The notes beneath the pieces were generated by a model. It did not search any database. It saw only the letters and a list, made by a program, of their open reading frames with translations, and was not told the origin of the DNA. Below are positions 45,386 to 48,250 of a stretch of 48,250 nucleotides of DNA, in pieces (the first letter of the stretch is position 1; every line of letters starts with the position of its first letter). Source of the DNA: Candidatus Woesearchaeota archaeon (GTDB taxonomy: Archaea > Nanobdellota > Nanobdellia > Woesearchaeales > UBA12501); NCBI GenBank assembly GCA_016180035.1, contig JACPCA010000008.1, forward strand, positions 1 to 48,250, read 5' to 3'. A program made the position numbers and the translations under genes.

Positions 45386-46423
45386 ATGGGAACAAAACTT
45401 AAAGACCTTGCCGTCAAGAAAGAGATTGCCATTGCCGACTTGAAAGACAGGAAGCTCGTTGTTGACTCGTACAACATCATGTATCAGTTCCTCTCCACGA
45501 TCCGGATGTATGATGGCTCTCCGCTGAAGGATTCGCACGGCAATATCACCTCCCACTTGACCGGCCTTTTCTCCCGCACGACAAACCTGATGCAGCAGGG
45601 CCTCAAGCTTGCCTTCGTATTCGACGGAACACCGCCAAAGCTCAAGGAAGCAGAGCGGGAGCGGCGCAAGGAAGCCAAGCTCAAGGCAGAGGCAGACTAC
45701 GAGATTGCCAAGGAGCGCGAGGATTTTGAGGAGATGAAAAAGTATGCTGCGCGGACGTCCAGGCTCACGCCAGACATGGTGGAAGAGGCGAAAAAGCTGG
45801 TGGCTGCCTTGGGGCTTCCGGTCATCGAAGCGCCATCAGAGGGAGAAGCCCAGGCAGCGCGCATGGTAAATCAGGGAGATGCCTTCGCGGAGATAAGCCA
45901 GGATTATGACTGCCTGATGTTCGGCGTCAAGCGTGTCGTCCGCAACCTGACTGTGTCAGAAAAGAGGAAACTGCCAAGCAAGGCAGCGTACCAGTCCGTC
46001 TCTCCGGAGATCATCGAGCTGAAGGAGACCCTGCAGCATCTTGGCATCAGCCAGGAACAGCTCGTCCTGCTCTGCATCCTCATCGGAACAGATTATAACG
46101 TCGGGGGCATCCCGGGCATCGGCCCAAAAAAGGCATTGAAGATGGTGCAGGACTATAAGGGCAGGCAGGAAGAGATGTTCAAGGATGCCAGATGGGGCGA
46201 TCATTTTGAAACAGGCTGGAAAGAGATCATGGAAACCATCCAGAACATCCCAACCACGGACGAGTACGCGATAGCATGGAAACGGGTTGATGATGACGCT
46301 GTTGTCAAGCTCCTCTGCGACAGGCATGACTTCTCCGAAGAGCGCATCAGGGCCGTGCTCGGCAAGATGGACGAGAGCGCAAAACAGCGCCAGCAGAAAG
46401 GGCTTGGAGATTTTGTCTCATGA
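45386..46423 (+). CDS. fen: Flap endonuclease 1
   Basis: YQFLSTIR, TSHLTG, VFDG, APSEGEAQA, SQDYD, GTDYN.GGIPGIGPK, C-terminal PIP box QKGLGDF. Confidence 0.97.
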   Translation: MGTKLKDLAVKKEIAIADLKDRKLVVDSYNIMYQFLSTIRMYDGSPLKDSHGNITSHLTGLFSRTTNLMQQGLKLAFVFDGTPPKLKEAERERRKEAKLKAEADYEIAKEREDFEEMKKYAARTSRLTPDMVEEAKKLVAALGLPVIEAPSEGEAQAARMVNQGDAFAEISQDYDCLMFGVKRVVRNLTVSEKRKLPSKAAYQSVSPEIIELKETLQHLGISQEQLVLLCILIGTDYNVGGIPGIGPKKALKMVQDYKGRQEEMFKDARWGDHFETGWKEIMETIQNIPTTDEYAIAWKRVDDDAVVKLLCDRHDFSEERIRAVLGKMDESAKQRQQKGLGDFVS

Positions 46424-47259
46424 AACTCCGGGAAGCGCTCCAAGGAAAGATTCCAGCAAGCAAGCTGGCACAGCTGAAGACTGCGTTCGATTCTGTCGGC
46501 AGCATCGCCATCCTTGAAATTGATGATGATATGAAAAAATATCAGCGGAGCATCGCAAAGGCGCTCCTCAGCATCCAAAAAAACATCAAGACAGTAGTGA
46601 AGAAGAAGGGCATCCATGAAGGCGCACTCCGGCTGCAGAAGGTTGCCTGGCTCGGCGGCAAGCGGACAAAAGAGACTGTCCATGTGGAAAGCGGCGTCCG
46701 GCTCCTGCTGGATATCGAAAAAGTGTATTTCTCCGTCCGGTTGGGAACCGAGCGGCTGCGGATCGCACAGCAGGTGAAGCCCGGTGAAGAGGTCCTCGTC
46801 ATGTTTTCTGGCTGCGCCCCGTACCCGTGCGTGCTGGCCAAGCACACGAAGGCAAAAGAGATCGTTGGCATTGAGCTGAATCCTGCCGGGCACGAGTACG
46901 GCCTGCAGAACGTGGCGCTCAACAAGATCAAGAATGTCACGCTGATCCATGGCGACGTGCGGAAGGCTGTTCCGGAGCTTCACCGCACATTTGACAGGAT
47001 CATCATGCCCCTGCCGCACGGAGCTGATGATTTTTTAGACGTTGCCTTCTCTGCTGCAAAAAAAGGGGCGGTCATCCACTTCTATGATTTTCTTGAGGAG
47101 AAGGACATCCCCGATGCTGCCGTGAACAAGATCAAGGCAGCCGCGGCGCGCGCAAAAAAGAAGGTGGAGATCCTGCACTGGAACAGGTGCGGCAGCAATG
47201 CGCCGAGAACGTGGAGGGTGTGCGTGGATGTGAAGGTGGTGATAGAACAGTTTAAGTGA
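46420..47259 (+). CDS. Trm5/Taw2 (Met-10+ like) SAM-dependent tRNA methyltransferase
   Basis: FDSVGSIAI, VYFSVRLGTER, MFSGCAPY, IELNP, GDVR, FDRIIMPLP, IHFY. Confidence 0.9.
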   Translation: MKLREALQGKIPASKLAQLKTAFDSVGSIAILEIDDDMKKYQRSIAKALLSIQKNIKTVVKKKGIHEGALRLQKVAWLGGKRTKETVHVESGVRLLLDIEKVYFSVRLGTERLRIAQQVKPGEEVLVMFSGCAPYPCVLAKHTKAKEIVGIELNPAGHEYGLQNVALNKIKNVTLIHGDVRKAVPELHRTFDRIIMPLPHGADDFLDVAFSAAKKGAVIHFYDFLEEKDIPDAAVNKIKAAAARAKKKVEILHWNRCGSNAPRTWRVCVDVKVVIEQFK

Positions 47260-47370
47260 TAGTCTTGTCCACTATTCTTAACAATGTTGTTAATTTGTGG
47301 ACAATATCCTAAGCATTACTACTTATAAATAGTAAAATTTATAAATAGGCTCTTGTTTTCTTTAAATATT

Positions 47371-47895
47371 ATGATACCGCTTGAAGATAGAATTAAATGG
47401 GCTGAAAGAGCAGATAAAAATCAAAACCCCGCCAATTTCTTTAGACAGCACTATGATCCTGATACTACAAGAAGCCAATTAGCCAAAAAAGATTGCGCAT
47501 TGTACAGGATATTAAGCAGGAAAAGATTGCTTGATGAGGCCATACCTGATTTTGACCATGAAACATCTGAAAGAGTAAGAAGGGCACGCACAGAAGTAAG
47601 TAGGTTTGGAAATGACCCATTTGCATATTACCAAGAGCATCATGCTGGATTGACAAGAGGACAATTGTGGAAGCAAGACCAAAGCTTGTATCAGAGATTA
47701 AGAAGTGATGGGTTGTTGGACCAGGTTCCTGTTACAAGAACAGATTTTGGAAATGATCCTGTTGCATATTACCAAGAGCATTATGCTGGATTGACAAGAG
47801 GACAATTAAAAAAGCAAGACCCAAGCTTGTATCAGAGATTAAGAAGAAATGGCTTATTGGACAATGTTCCTGCTAAACCTATTAAGATTAGATAG
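47371..47895 (+). CDS. Hypothetical protein with three helical repeats (last two spaced 47 aa)
   Basis: FGNDP.AYYQEH.AGLTRGQL.KQD.SLYQRLR..GLLD.VP twice (141-bp period, 47605 and 47746) plus a diverged first copy; AT-rich. Confidence 0.8.
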   Translation: MIPLEDRIKWAERADKNQNPANFFRQHYDPDTTRSQLAKKDCALYRILSRKRLLDEAIPDFDHETSERVRRARTEVSRFGNDPFAYYQEHHAGLTRGQLWKQDQSLYQRLRSDGLLDQVPVTRTDFGNDPVAYYQEHYAGLTRGQLKKQDPSLYQRLRRNGLLDNVPAKPIKIR

Positions 47896-48250
47896 GGATA
47901 CCTGGAATTGCCCCCTTTCTCGTTTTTAGGGCTCCAAATTTATTGAATATGATCCTTGTTATACTCAATTTTTGCGTTGCCTTTCAGGTACATTCCTCGT
48001 CGGAAAACCGAGACTTCTTAACGGAACTAACTTCGTTTAGCGAGGAGAAAAACGGAAAAATAATTCAATTGAAACTGAATCTAACGTATGCTAAACAAAA
48101 TTTTTTATTACTTTAACGGTGGGGTTCCGTTATTAAAGACTATACTTTGAAAAAAATAACATTTTTTGGGGGAAATCGGCTATCCCCCCGCTAAAGCGTG
48201 GGGGTCTTTATCGCCGATTTCCGGTCAGATGAGGGTTTTTTGTTTGGTGC

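Noticed and set aside
47605..47870. CRISPR array
   Set aside because: The repeats are long, in-frame coding duplications without unique spacers, and no cas genes are present.

Overview
Archaeal chromosome segment, most consistent with a DPANN (Woesearchaeota-like) genome; this is inferred from gene content, the extended uS14, an S-layer-like protein with CxDSDGG repeats and an alpha4-size EndA. From left to right it holds an ALDH/class-III aminotransferase/M42 peptidase/threonine synthase operon, a frameshifted exported protein and a geranylgeranyl reductase. Next come the minus-strand rpl3-secY-DUF106 ribosomal superoperon, an 1853-aa S-layer-like protein, AK6, tRNA-Trp, dnaG, rio1, a KH protein and topo VI B/A. 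The window ends with a small islet, tRNA-Arg/tRNA-Cys/endA, fen1 and a Trm5-like methyltransferase. The most unusual signals are non-coding. (1) The tRNA-Trp intron appears to encode a circularly permuted box C/D guide (Cm34, Cm39) whose C box overlaps the splicing BHB and whose first guide is only completed by intron circularization. (2) tRNA-Arg has a strict-BHB intron in its T-loop (59/60), next to endA. (3) At least nine dispersed structured elements (full copies about 165-300 bp) are present. They include TIR/TSD-bearing MITEs of two unrelated sequence families that share a bistable two-arm plus loop-loop architecture, and a REPIN-like family with compensatory changes. (4) Recurrent 15-21 bp duplications span stop codons. 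No transposase, integrase or CRISPR array is visible.
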